A stretch of 64,000 nt of DNA. Origin: Polyangiales bacterium (lineage in GTDB: Bacteria > Myxococcota_A > Polyangia > Polyangiales > Ga0077539). Each line of letters begins with the position of its first letter. Positions within the stretch are counted from its first letter, which is position 1. Below are positions 50,537-60,501 of the stretch, in pieces. The position numbers were made by a program, and so were the translations under genes. The stretch spans positions 160,001-224,000 of the forward strand of contig JBGARZ010000004.1 of assembly GCA_044229975.1 (NCBI GenBank). Direction: 5' to 3'. The notes under the pieces were generated by a model, which was not told the origin of the DNA, searched no databases, and was given only the letters and a program-made list of their open reading frames with translations.

Positions 50537-51256
50537 ATGAGCGATCGGTCCGAAGAAGACTTCAAGCTCTCGTACAAGATCCTGCGCACCTACGTGGGGG
50601 CCCTGGGCTTCATAAGCCCATCTGGCGTCGTGCGCGCGAACCCTTCCATCGGCGACACCCTGACGCGACAGGGCGCCGAGCTCGCGAAGTCCGACGTCGC
50701 GCTGACCCGCGAGCGCGCCGACGACGCGCAGCCTCGCCGCGACCGCGATACCAGTGAGGTGGAGACCCGCGCCCCCATCGAGGACGTCCGCAAGCGCGTG
50801 GTGGGCCTCTACGACGCGCCGATGCTGGAGAGGTTGTTCCTTGCGGGGGCGATGCCGAGAGACCCGGCGCAGCTCGTGAAGTACGCCCGCCGCGCGGCCG
50901 ACCAGATCGAGGGGATGAAGCCCGCGGACTTCCCCGAGGCGCTGATCGACGGCGGCAAGCCCACGCCGAAGAAGTGGGCGCAGGCGATCCGAACGCCCGC
51001 CAACAAGCTCGCCGCCGCCATCAAGACCGTCGGCACCGAGGAGGCCGAGCTCGTGACGGCGCTCGCGGGTCGCGACACCGTGTTCGAGAAGGTCGAGGCC
51101 GACGAGCCGCGGGCGCGGGCGCTGCTCGACGCGCTCCTCCGGTACGCCCGCATGGACGCCGCGGCCGACCGCCTGCCCCGCCCGGTGGGCTCCGCCCGAG
51201 CGGCGTCGACGGAGGGCTCCCCCGACGATCCCCCGGTCACGCCCCCGACGGCGTAG
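50537..51256 (+). CDS. Hypothetical helical protein
   Basis: GGAGG Shine-Dalgarno, high GC3, no recognisable motif. Confidence 0.75.
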   Translation: MSDRSEEDFKLSYKILRTYVGALGFISPSGVVRANPSIGDTLTRQGAELAKSDVALTRERADDAQPRRDRDTSEVETRAPIEDVRKRVVGLYDAPMLERLFLAGAMPRDPAQLVKYARRAADQIEGMKPADFPEALIDGGKPTPKKWAQAIRTPANKLAAAIKTVGTEEAELVTALAGRDTVFEKVEADEPRARALLDALLRYARMDAAADRLPRPVGSARAASTEGSPDDPPVTPPTA

Positions 51257-51387
51257 GGCCTCCCGAGGCGTTCCCCCGCGGCGAAGGTCGCGTGGGGAGG
51301 CCTCCGGAGGGGACACCCGCGCCGAGGGAAGGCGTCGGGAGGCCTCCCGAGGAGACACCCGCGGCCGGGGATCGCGTGGGGAGGGCC
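51257..51387. repeat. 42-bp degenerate tandem repeat x3
   Basis: GGCCTCC(C/G)GAGG at 51257, 51299, 51341; partial at 51384. Confidence 0.75.
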
Positions 51388-51488
51388 TTCCTACCCACGA
51401 GATGCGCAACCAGCGTCCGCGGAGTTGCGCGCGTTGTGCACCGTCCCTGTGGCGCCCGCTCCCCGCTGGCGGCGTGCGCGCCGTCGTG

Positions 51489-52652
51489 ATGCGATCGCGC
51501 ATGCTCACCCCACGGCGCCTCACCCTCGTCGCCAGCCTGCTCGCGCTCGTCGGCTGCGGCGCGCGCACGGGCCTCCGCGTCGACCTGCCCGACGCCGCGG
51601 TCGACACCCCCGACGCGCCCGATGTCTTCGATGCCCCCGACGTCTTCGATGCCCCCGACGTCTTCGACGCCTTCGACGCGCCCGACTCCCCCGACGTCCC
51701 CGATGTGCCGCCGCCCGATGTCTGCGTCACGCGCCGCTACATGCTCTCGCCGCAGCCCGCCGAGGCGCTCTTCCTGCTCGACCGCTCGCAGTCCATGAAC
51801 ACCCTCCTCGAAGGCTCCCTGCGCCGCTCCGACGCGCTGCTCGGCGCGCTGCGTGCGACGCTCCCCTCCTTCGCCGCGACCGTCGCGATGGGCTCGATGC
51901 ACTTCCCGTCGGCCAACATCGGCTGCGACGTGCGCCTCCCCCTCGCCGTCGACGTCGCGGTCGGAACCTCCTCCACCATCATCTCGCGCTTCGCCGCCGC
52001 GGGCCTCGCGTCGGGCACGCCCACGACAGCGGCGCTCGACCTCGCGCGCACCACGCTGCTCGCCCGCCCGGGGGTCAACGTGTCGCGATCGATCGTTCTG
52101 GCGACCGACGGCGCGCCCGGCTGCAACGCCGCGCTCGACCCGCGGATCTGCACCTGCGCCGCGCCGACCCCGCCGGCGTGCACCGCGCGCAACTGCCTCG
52201 ACGACGTGCGCGCGCTCGAAGCCATCGGCCGCGCCCGCGACGGTGGCATCGCGGTGTACGTCATCGGCATCGACGACCCCGCGCAGCCGGTGCTCATCGA
52301 CACGCTCAACCGCATGGCCGTCGCCGGTGGCCGCGCTCGCCCCGAGGGGACCGGCCTGCCGCGCTACTACAGCGTTCGGCGCATGACCGACCTCACCGAG
52401 GCGCTCGACACGGTGCGCCGCTCGCTGGCGGCGTGTGTGCTGCGCTACGCCGGACCGCCCTCCGACGAGGGGCGCATCACGGTCGTCGTGGCGGGCGTCG
52501 ACCGACCGCGCGACCCGACGCGCACCAACGGCTGGGACTGGAACAACGACGAACACACCGAGGTGGCGCTCTACGGCGACGCTTGCATGGCGGCGGGCCC
52601 CGACGTGTCGACCGCGGCCGAGGTGCGCTGCGACGTGGTCGCGCCGCCGTAG
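51489..52652 (+). CDS. VWA-domain lipoprotein (CglB-like architecture)
   Basis: Lipobox LVGC; DAPDVF linker; MIDAS DRSQS, GTPT, ATDGAP; Cys-rich inserts. Confidence 0.85.
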   Translation: MRSRMLTPRRLTLVASLLALVGCGARTGLRVDLPDAAVDTPDAPDVFDAPDVFDAPDVFDAFDAPDSPDVPDVPPPDVCVTRRYMLSPQPAEALFLLDRSQSMNTLLEGSLRRSDALLGALRATLPSFAATVAMGSMHFPSANIGCDVRLPLAVDVAVGTSSTIISRFAAAGLASGTPTTAALDLARTTLLARPGVNVSRSIVLATDGAPGCNAALDPRICTCAAPTPPACTARNCLDDVRALEAIGRARDGGIAVYVIGIDDPAQPVLIDTLNRMAVAGGRARPEGTGLPRYYSVRRMTDLTEALDTVRRSLAACVLRYAGPPSDEGRITVVVAGVDRPRDPTRTNGWDWNNDEHTEVALYGDACMAAGPDVSTAAEVRCDVVAPP

Positions 52653-52662
52653 CGCGAAGCTC

Positions 52663-53103
52663 TCAGCGCGACACGCCGACGGGCAGGCACAGTTGCAGCG
52701 GCAGGCCCGCGCGCACGAGGCAGAGGGTGCCTGCCCCGCAGTTGGCGTCGGTCTCGCAGACCTCGTAGCACTGGCCCACGCCGGTCTGGGGCGTGGCCGT
52801 GGCGCAGCCCACCGGGAAGGTCGAGTGCACGCCCGCGTTGGGGCACGGCGCGGTGCGCGAGCAGTCGCGGGTGCACATGCGCGCCGCGACGCCGTTGGCG
52901 TTGTAGACCGTCGGCAGGCAGGTGGTGCCGCCGGTGCAGGTGTCGCCCTCGAAGCAGCGCTCCCACGGGCCCACCGAAGGGTTGACCGGGCGGTCGATGA
53001 CCACGGAGACATCGGGCCCGGCGTCGCCCTCGCGGAGGCCCGTGGAGGCGCCGCACGCGGAGGCCGCGAGCGCGAGGAGGAGGAGCGTGACGGGTCGCGA
53101 CAT
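52663..53103 (-). CDS. Small Cys-rich lipoprotein
   Basis: Lipobox ASAC; Cys-rich mature region (CTRDC, CETDANC). Confidence 0.8.
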   Translation of the reverse strand: MSRPVTLLLLALAASACGASTGLREGDAGPDVSVVIDRPVNPSVGPWERCFEGDTCTGGTTCLPTVYNANGVAARMCTRDCSRTAPCPNAGVHSTFPVGCATATPQTGVGQCYEVCETDANCGAGTLCLVRAGLPLQLCLPVGVSR

Positions 53104-53211
53104 GGCGCTTTGACGCTACCGCCCGAGCACGGTCGCGGACAACGAATCTGCGCTGACAACAAGGGTTGGCAGCCGCGACGGCGAGCCCGCGCGTCGCGGC
53201 GCCGGGAGGCG

Positions 53212-55206
53212 CTACTGGAGGTAGGTGAAGTTGTCCCAGCCGATGCCGCCGCCGTCGGTGATGTTGACGATCTCCAGGCGGGTGACGCCGCTGATGCCCG
53301 TGAGGTCGACGGTCACGCCCTGGTTGGAGCCGCCCGGCGCGAGCACGTTGCGCGTCCCGAGCAGCGTCGAGCCCGCGTAGACGTTGGCCACCGCCACGAT
53401 CGAGCCCGCCGCGTTGTCGATGCCCACCCCGCGAAACTGGATGTTGCTCACCGGCGTCGTGAACGTGAGGATCGTCGGCTGCGCGCAGTTGACCGAGCCG
53501 CTGGTCGAGCGCGTGCAGAGGATGTTCGGGGCCGTGCTGCCGCCGCCGACGAAGGAGTAGGCGATGTTCTCCTGGCCGGAGGCGCTCGAAAACACCACGC
53601 CCGCGTACTGGGTGCCGAGCACCGTCAGGTTGGCGAGGTTGTCGAAGTTGATGGTCACCGGCGTGCTCGGGGCCACGCAGACGCCCGCCACGCAGCTACG
53701 CCCGGCCGCACAAGCGATGCCGCAGCCGCCGCAGTGGCTGGCGCTCGTCGTGGTCGGCGTCTCGCAGCCGTTGGCGAGGCTGCCATCGCAGTTGCCGAAG
53801 CCCGTGCTGCACACGATGCCGCACGTGCTGCGGGCGCAAAACGGCGTGCCGTTGGTGCCGTTGCACACGGTGCCGCAGGCGCCGCAGTGGCTCGGATCGA
53901 AGGTGACGTTGGTGCACGAGCCCGAGCAGTTGCTCAGCCCCGCGCCGCAGGTGGTGGTGCACGCGCCCGCCGAGCAGACCTGACCGCCCCCGCAGACGGT
54001 CGTGCAGGTTCCGCAGTGGGTGGCGTCGGTGCCGGTGCTCACCTCGCAGCCGTTGGCCGCCATGCCGTCGCAGTCGCTGTAGCCGGGCAGGCACGCGCCC
54101 ATCGCGCACGTCCCCGCGGCGCAGGTCGCCGTCGCGTTGGGGAAGGCGCAGCGCACACCGCAGCCGCCGCAGTTGCCCGCGTCGGCGGCGCGGACGTTGG
54201 TCTCGCAGCCGTTGCCCGCCATGCCGTCGCAGTCGCCGAAGCCCGCGGCGCACGCGCCCACCGCGCACACGCCCGCGACGCACGTCGGCACCCCGACGTT
54301 GGCCAGCCCGCACGCGCGCCCGCACCCGCCGCAGTGGTTGGTGTCCGTCGCCGTCGCGACGCAGCTCCCGCCGCACGCCGTCAGGCCCGCGCCGCAGCTC
54401 GTGGTGCACGCGCCCGCGCTGCACACCTGCCCCGCCGCGCAGGCCGTCCCGCACGCGCCGCAGTTGGCGTTGTCGGCCGTGACGCTCGCCTCGCAGCCGT
54501 TGGCCGCGTTGCCGTCGCAGTCGCCGAAGCCCGTGGTGCAGGTCCCGCGCACGCAGGCGCCGTCCACGCAGGTCGCCGCGGCGTTGGCGAAGGCGCAGCG
54601 GGTGCCGCAGCCGCCGCAGTTGGTCACGTCCGTCCCGCGGAGCGTCACCTCGCAGCCGTTGGCCGCGTTGCGGTCGCAGTCGCCGAAGCCCGCGGCGCAG
54701 GCCCCGACCACGCAGGTGCCCGCGGCGCAGGCCTGGGCCGAGGCGTTGCTCAGCGCGCACGCGGTGGTGCAGCTCCCGCAGTGGGTGGGGTCGTTCATCG
54801 TGGCGACGCAGGTGCCCGAGCAGTCGGTTAGCCCCGCGCTGCACGAGGTCGCGCAGACCCCGGCCGTACACACCTGGCCCGCCGCGCAGGCCGTCCCGCA
54901 CGCGCCGCAGTTCTGGCGGTCGGTCGCGAGGGTCGCGCACACCCCGTTGCAGACGATCTGCCCGGTGGGACAGCTCGCCGCGCAGGCGCCCGCCACGCAG
55001 GCCATGCCCGCGCCGCAGCGGTTGCCGCACGCGCCGCAGTGGGTCGGATCGGTGGCGGTGTCCACGCAGCTCCCGTTGCACGCCGTGCCGACGTCGCACG
55101 ACAGCGCCGCGTCGACGACCCCCGTGACGGGACCACCATTGCTGCCGCACGCGGCGACCATCGCGCCGAGCAACACGCCCCACGCTCTGTGACTCTTGAG
55201 TTGCAT
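53212..55206 (-). CDS. Cys-rich repeat lipoprotein (myxobacterial Cys-repeat family) with C-terminal beta-sandwich
   Basis: Lipobox VAAC; many D..(N/H)CG.CG..C and GFGDCDG.AANGCE repeats; C-terminal TINFD...IGWDNFTY domain. Confidence 0.85.
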   Translation of the reverse strand: MQLKSHRAWGVLLGAMVAACGSNGGPVTGVVDAALSCDVGTACNGSCVDTATDPTHCGACGNRCGAGMACVAGACAASCPTGQIVCNGVCATLATDRQNCGACGTACAAGQVCTAGVCATSCSAGLTDCSGTCVATMNDPTHCGSCTTACALSNASAQACAAGTCVVGACAAGFGDCDRNAANGCEVTLRGTDVTNCGGCGTRCAFANAAATCVDGACVRGTCTTGFGDCDGNAANGCEASVTADNANCGACGTACAAGQVCSAGACTTSCGAGLTACGGSCVATATDTNHCGGCGRACGLANVGVPTCVAGVCAVGACAAGFGDCDGMAGNGCETNVRAADAGNCGGCGVRCAFPNATATCAAGTCAMGACLPGYSDCDGMAANGCEVSTGTDATHCGTCTTVCGGGQVCSAGACTTTCGAGLSNCSGSCTNVTFDPSHCGACGTVCNGTNGTPFCARSTCGIVCSTGFGNCDGSLANGCETPTTTSASHCGGCGIACAAGRSCVAGVCVAPSTPVTINFDNLANLTVLGTQYAGVVFSSASGQENIAYSFVGGGSTAPNILCTRSTSGSVNCAQPTILTFTTPVSNIQFRGVGIDNAAGSIVAVANVYAGSTLLGTRNVLAPGGSNQGVTVDLTGISGVTRLEIVNITDGGGIGWDNFTYLQ

Positions 55207-55379
55207 CGTCTGCCTCGCGGGTAAGGCACTCCCACGCGGAGCGACCCTCAAACCCGCGCGCAGTGTCTCACACTGATGCGGCAGTTGGTTCGGCTGCGTC
55301 GACGCATCGCTCCGGCGCGCTCGCGTACGATGGCGGGGATGGACGCCGACGGCGGCCTTGTCCACGGAGGCACCCCCTC

Positions 55380-55811
55380 ATGCACGCCGGTCGCACCTTC
55401 CTCGAAGACCTCGCGCTCGCCCTCTGCGTCGCCGCGGTGACCTCCGTGCTCTTCCAGCGGCTCCGCCTGCCCGCGGTGCTCGGTTATCTCCTCGCGGGCG
55501 TCATCGTCGGCCCGCACCTGCGCATCGTCCCGCTCTTCGCGAGCCGCGAGCGCATCGAAGAACTCTCCCAGCTCGGTGTCACCCTCGTGATGTTCTCGGT
55601 GGGTCTGGAGTTCACCGTCGGTCGGCTGGTGAAGACGCTGCCCACCGCGGGGCTCACCCGCTGCTACCGGGCCTCGGACAGCTCCGGGAGTGTGGCGCTC
55701 CAGGCGGGCGACGTGCTGGCGCTGAGCGGGACGCAGGACGCCGTCGAGGCCGCGCGGGCGCACCTGCACCACGGGGCGCCGACGCTGTCGACGGTCGCGA
55801 CGGAGGGGTGA
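55380..55811 (+). pseudogene. CPA2 cation:proton antiporter with a large internal in-frame deletion
   Basis: Only the first three TMs (LRLPAVLGYLLAG.IVGP, LGVTLVMFSVGLEF), joined directly to a TrkA-C-like end (LQAGDVLALSGT.DAVEAA). Confidence 0.75.
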
Positions 55812-55889
55812 GGCGGGGCGTTGTGTCCGCTTGTGGACCAACCCCGGTCCGCAGGCGGGCGCAGCGACCCGCAAAGGGCTTGGGCGAGC

Positions 55890-56189
55890 TCACCCCTCGA
55901 CGATGGCGACCACGCGGCGGACGGTCCATCCGCGCGCGCGGCCCCACGCTTCGGGGCCGCCCGGGTGGGCCTCGGCCGCCTCGTCGCCCGCGACCATCCC
56001 GAGCTCGGCGAGGATGGCGGCGGGGTCGTCGAGGTCGTCGAGGATCGAGTCGCCGTCGTTGGCCGGATCGAGCAGGTAGAGCCGCCCCGCCGCGACGCTC
56101 GCCGCGAGCTCGACGTCGGTGCACACCCGCTCACCGCGCTGCATCGCCGCGAGCTCCGCCAGGGTGAGGGTGACCACGCCGTCGACCAT
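55890..56189 (-). CDS. Small hypothetical protein
   Basis: High GC3 codon usage from ATG at 56189; no motif. Confidence 0.5.
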   Translation of the reverse strand: MVDGVVTLTLAELAAMQRGERVCTDVELAASVAAGRLYLLDPANDGDSILDDLDDPAAILAELGMVAGDEAAEAHPGGPEAWGRARGWTVRRVVAIVEG

Positions 56190-56550
56190 TGCCCGCAAAG
56201 GCTACGCCCCAACCGTCAGGGGCCCGCAACCCGCCGCGCGCCCGCTCGGCAACGGGTTGCCGGTCGGAGCCCCGGTGATCGCCTCCGCGCGGATATCGAG
56301 AGAACACTCCGGACACCGCCGCGACTCCCCGCACCGGATTGTCGACAATGAAGGCGACCATCGGGCCATGCCCGTTCGAGCGTGGTCGCAACGAAACGCA
56401 TGGAAATAGGTCGTGCGGCGCTCGTGTGAACATCGGCGCACACCGCCGTTCTTTGTGGCATGAAGTCGAGATTGAATGGTGTGGCGTCGGCTCCGTCCGT
56501 GGGATATCGAATGAGTTCGCGCCGGGTGCGGCGTGAGAGGAAGGCTGGCG

Positions 56551-56850
56551 ATGAAGACCATGTGGAAGGTGGCGGTTGTGCTCGGGGCCCTGCTGCTCTC
56601 GGGCTGCACCGTGGGCCTCGGTGACGACTGCCGGGGCGGCGGGAGCTGCGCCGGCGGGCTCTACTGCTGTTCGGAGGGCAAGTGCGGCCGTGGCATGTGC
56701 ACGGCCGGTTGCAGCACCGACCGGGACTGCCCGGGCGGCGCGTACTGCGAGGGGCGCATCTGCTGGCAGCCGTGCGCCGTCGACGGCGACTGCGCCGACC
56801 ACCTGCTCTGCAAGACCAAGGACGGCCGGCGCATGTGCCGGGGGGACTGA
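56551..56850 (+). CDS. Small Cys-rich lipoprotein
   Basis: Lipobox LSGC; three CxxxxxC modules. Confidence 0.8.
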   Translation: MKTMWKVAVVLGALLLSGCTVGLGDDCRGGGSCAGGLYCCSEGKCGRGMCTAGCSTDRDCPGGAYCEGRICWQPCAVDGDCADHLLCKTKDGRRMCRGD

Positions 56851-56857
56851 CGCCCCT

Positions 56858-57223
56858 TCAGCCTCGCGACATCCAGAGGGCGTGGGCGATGGTCCATGCG
56901 CGGGAGAGCCCCGGGTCGGGCTCCATGGCCATCGGCCGCGCGAGGCCCACCACGTCGTCGATCTCCTCGACCGTGAGCGCCTTCGGGGCCTTGAAGACCG
57001 GCCCCAATCGGCGAGGTGCATCGGGCGCTCCTCCGCGAGGTCCACGAGCGAGCCCACGAGCGCGTCGAGCAGGGCGCCCTGCTGTTCGCGGTCGGGCATC
57101 CCGGTCACGGCTACCAGCTCGTCGCCGACGTCACCAGCGAGCTCGCGTCGCAGGTCGTTCACGGCGTCGCGCATCGCGCTCGACGGCCGCGCGCTCGTCG
57201 GCGTCGAGGCGCTCGCGGGCCAC
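56858..57223 (-). pseudogene. Frameshifted gene remnant
   Basis: High-GC3 coding signal changes frame twice: VARERLDADERAAVE / MRDAVNDLRRE...HLADWG / PVFKAPKALTVEEIDD...WMSRG*. Confidence 0.5.
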
Positions 57224-57270
57224 ACCGCGATCGTTGAGGCTCGTCGATCGATCTGTTAGCGTCGCGATCG

Positions 57271-58827
57271 ATGCGGTTTTTCAGAGGTTTTCCGGGGACC
57301 ATCGCGCTGCTGACGGTGCTCGCGTCGTGCGCGGGCAACCTCACGGCGGCGCCTGACGCACCGCCCGTCATCCCCGGTTGCGACGGTCAGGGTCGCAGCC
57401 GCTGCGTCGCCTCGGTCTCGGTTGGAGCGCGCTTCGGCTGCGCGGCCCTCGCCGACCAGACCGTCTGGTGCTGGGGCCGCAACGACGAGAGCCAGCTCGG
57501 ATACGAGTCCACCGACCTCTGCCCCGAACGCCTCTCCGGCGGACAGACCCGCGCCGTCGCCTGTCACATGTACCCGTTGCAGGTCGCGGGGCTCGCCGGC
57601 GTCACGGCCGTGAGCTCGGGCGGCGCCCACTCGTGCGCGGTGCTCTCGTCTGGCGAGCTGCGCTGCTGGGGCGCCAACACCCGCGGGCAACTGGGCAACG
57701 CGTCGGTGCTGCCGAGCCGCACGCCAGTGGCAGTCGCGGGCCTCGGTCCGGTCATCGCCGTCGCCGCGGGCGCGGGCCACACCTGCGCCATCGTGGAGGG
57801 CGGACAGGTGTACTGCTGGGGCGCCAACGACCGCGGGCAGCTCGGCGTCGAGACATCGCCCAACCAGTGCGAGGTCAGCGGAACGATGGTGCCGTGCGCG
57901 CGTGCGCCGGTGATGGTCCGCGACATGACGGACGCCGTCGAGGTGGTGGTCGGCGACGCGCACACCTGCGTCCGCGCGACGGCTGGTCGTGTGTGGTGCT
58001 GGGGCAACAACGTCGACGCCCAGCTCGGATCGGGCACCGCGAGCGCGATGCCCACGCCCACTCCGCAAGCGGTTCAGCTCGGCGCGTCGGCGCTGCGTCG
58101 CACCCGCTCCCTCGCGGCGGGCGGCGAACACACCTGCGCGGTGCGCGACGATGGCGCGGTGCTCTGCTGGGGTCGGCACGACCGCGGTCAGCTCGGCGTG
58201 GCGATCCCCGAGCGCTTCGAGCCGTGCGCGCACGCGTGCATCGCGACGGCGGTTCCGATCGTCGGGTACGAGGGCGCGCCGACGGGCGAAGACCCCGATG
58301 GTGGCTTCGAAGACTTCGACGCGGGCTCCGGCATCGTGCCTCCGCTGGACGCCTCCTCGCGGCTCGACGTCTCGGTGCCGCGCGACGTGGCGGACGCTGG
58401 TGCTCCGCGCGACGTGATGGACGCGAGCGTGCCGCGCGACCGACCCGATGTGCCGGTGGTGGTGGATGTCCCCGGCGACTCGGGTCTGCCGGCGGCGCCG
58501 ACGGTGGTGTCCATCTCGGCGGGCGCTGCGTTCAGTTGTGTGTCCTTGAGCGACCGCACGGTGCGCTGCTGGGGAACCAACCGCACCTACGAGCTCGGCA
58601 ACGGTCAGGTGAACGAGGGCGGCGCGCCGTTGACCACGGTGATCGCGTCGCCGGGTTCGGCGGCGACCAACCCCTTGCAGGGTGTCGCGGGCGTGGAGTC
58701 GGGTGGTTCGACCACCTGCGCGCTGCTCGCCGATCGCAGCCTGCGCTGCTGGGGAACCAACGAAAGCGGCGCGCTCGGCGTGGGCGACGTGGCGGAGCGC
58801 AATGGTCCCGTGTCGATGACCTGGTAG
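57271..58827 (+). CDS. RCC1-repeat lipoprotein
   Basis: Lipobox LASC; repeated G..H(T/S)CA....G...CWG.N..GQLG; acidic low-complexity insertion between blades. Confidence 0.92.
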   Translation: MRFFRGFPGTIALLTVLASCAGNLTAAPDAPPVIPGCDGQGRSRCVASVSVGARFGCAALADQTVWCWGRNDESQLGYESTDLCPERLSGGQTRAVACHMYPLQVAGLAGVTAVSSGGAHSCAVLSSGELRCWGANTRGQLGNASVLPSRTPVAVAGLGPVIAVAAGAGHTCAIVEGGQVYCWGANDRGQLGVETSPNQCEVSGTMVPCARAPVMVRDMTDAVEVVVGDAHTCVRATAGRVWCWGNNVDAQLGSGTASAMPTPTPQAVQLGASALRRTRSLAAGGEHTCAVRDDGAVLCWGRHDRGQLGVAIPERFEPCAHACIATAVPIVGYEGAPTGEDPDGGFEDFDAGSGIVPPLDASSRLDVSVPRDVADAGAPRDVMDASVPRDRPDVPVVVDVPGDSGLPAAPTVVSISAGAAFSCVSLSDRTVRCWGTNRTYELGNGQVNEGGAPLTTVIASPGSAATNPLQGVAGVESGGSTTCALLADRSLRCWGTNESGALGVGDVAERNGPVSMTW

Positions 58828-58864
58828 CGGGCGCGTGTCGCGCCGACAATCGTCAATGGAGTCG

Positions 58865-60484
58865 ATGATGAGACGAGACTCGGTTGGGCATGATCGGCGG
58901 TCGGTGACGACGCTCGTCGCGCTCTGCGCGCTCGTCGCGGGGTGCCTTCCTCCGCCGAGCTTCGCCGACGAGGACGGCGGGTACGACGAGGCCACCGTCG
59001 CGGGAGACGCCGCCGCGGTGGGGACGTGCGAGCCGGGTCAGGCGTCGGCGCAGTTTCGCGCGCAGGTGACGCCGCCGGAGTTCATGCTGCCGGGCGGTCG
59101 CGCGCAGGTGAGCGTGACCTTCGACAACTGCTCGGGTGGTCCATGGCGCGCGGGGGAGTTCGCGCTCGTCCCGGCGCCGAGCACGGTGGGGGTGTTCGGT
59201 GTTCCGCGCGTGGCGCTGGCGGAGGACGTGCCGGAGGGCGGTCGCGTGACGATCCCCTTCGAGGTGCAGGCGCCGCGGGAGAGCGGGGTCTTCGCGTACT
59301 CGTGGGCCATCGCGCGCAACGGCACCGAGACGCTCCAGCAGTACTCACCGCCGGGTGAAGTGACGGTGCAGAACTCGGCGGACTGCACCATCAACGGACC
59401 GGCCGCGCGCTTCCGGAGTCAGGTGGCGCCGGGTCCCTTCATCGGGTTGGGCGAGACCATCCGCGGGACGGTCACCATCGCCAATTGCAGCACCGAGACG
59501 TGGACGCGCGAGGCGGGTTTCCATCTCGCATCGGCGCTCCCCAACGGGCTGTCGCACTGGCGCACGACGCGGGTCGAGCTGCCGCGGGATGTTCCGTTCG
59601 GGGCGGAGGTGACCATCCCCATCGAGGGCGTCGCGCCGGGGGTGCAGGGTCGCTACGCCTATACCTGGGTGATGCAGAAGGGCAGCGATCGCGTGGGCGA
59701 GGCGTCGCCCGAGGTGCGCATCACGGCGCTGCCGCGGGGCAACTGCGAGGGCGCCGGGACGCCGTCGCGCTTCGTGTCGCAGAACGCGCCGGGCACCCTC
59801 GACCCCAACCAGGGCGCCGACGTCGACATCACCTTCGCCAACTGCTCTACCGACGCATGGAACTCCGAGTACCGCATCAACGCCGCCGCGCCGGCGAGCG
59901 ACGGTCGATGGGGCGCCGGCAACATCGCCTTTCCGTTGGACGTGGGGCCGGGGTTTCAATTGACGGTTCCGTTTCACATCCGGGCGCCGGGGGATGCGGG
60001 CAGCTACGCGTATCGGTGGGTGGTGACGCGCGGCGCGACGGACATCGCGCAGCCGTCGCCCGAGCGGAACATCACCGTGCGCGTGATCGACACCGCGGGC
60101 CCGTGCATGGCGCGCCCGGTGGCGGGCGGCGTGACGAGCCCGTACGGCTGGCGGGTGCACCCGATCTCGGGCGTGTGGCGTCTGCACACGGGCATCGACT
60201 TCGGGGCGCGCTCGGGGACGCCGATCTACGCGTGCCGCGGCGGGACGGTGGTGCGCGCGAGCTGGTACGGCGGCTACGGCAACGCGATCATCATCGACCA
60301 CGGCGGCGGGATGCAGACGCTGTACGGGCACCAGTCGGGCTTCGCGGTGGGCTACGGCGCGCGCGTGGTGGCGGGCCAGCACATCGGCTACGTGGGCAGC
60401 ACGGGCAACTCGACGGGGCCGCACCTGCACTTCGAGGTGTACATCAACGGCAGCACCGTCGACCCGGCGCGCGGCTACCTGTAG
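58865..60484 (+). CDS. M23 peptidase lipoprotein with three NBR1/FW-like Ig domains
   Basis: Lipobox VAGC; 3x (F..Q..P...NCS...W...V..G..VT.P...AP...G.Y.Y.W); HTGIDF, YGH, STGPHLHFEV. Start codon uncertain. Confidence 0.9.
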   Translation: MMRRDSVGHDRRSVTTLVALCALVAGCLPPPSFADEDGGYDEATVAGDAAAVGTCEPGQASAQFRAQVTPPEFMLPGGRAQVSVTFDNCSGGPWRAGEFALVPAPSTVGVFGVPRVALAEDVPEGGRVTIPFEVQAPRESGVFAYSWAIARNGTETLQQYSPPGEVTVQNSADCTINGPAARFRSQVAPGPFIGLGETIRGTVTIANCSTETWTREAGFHLASALPNGLSHWRTTRVELPRDVPFGAEVTIPIEGVAPGVQGRYAYTWVMQKGSDRVGEASPEVRITALPRGNCEGAGTPSRFVSQNAPGTLDPNQGADVDITFANCSTDAWNSEYRINAAAPASDGRWGAGNIAFPLDVGPGFQLTVPFHIRAPGDAGSYAYRWVVTRGATDIAQPSPERNITVRVIDTAGPCMARPVAGGVTSPYGWRVHPISGVWRLHTGIDFGARSGTPIYACRGGTVVRASWYGGYGNAIIIDHGGGMQTLYGHQSGFAVGYGARVVAGQHIGYVGSTGNSTGPHLHFEVYINGSTVDPARGYL

Positions 60485-60501
60485 CGGGCGCGTCGGTGGT
60501 G

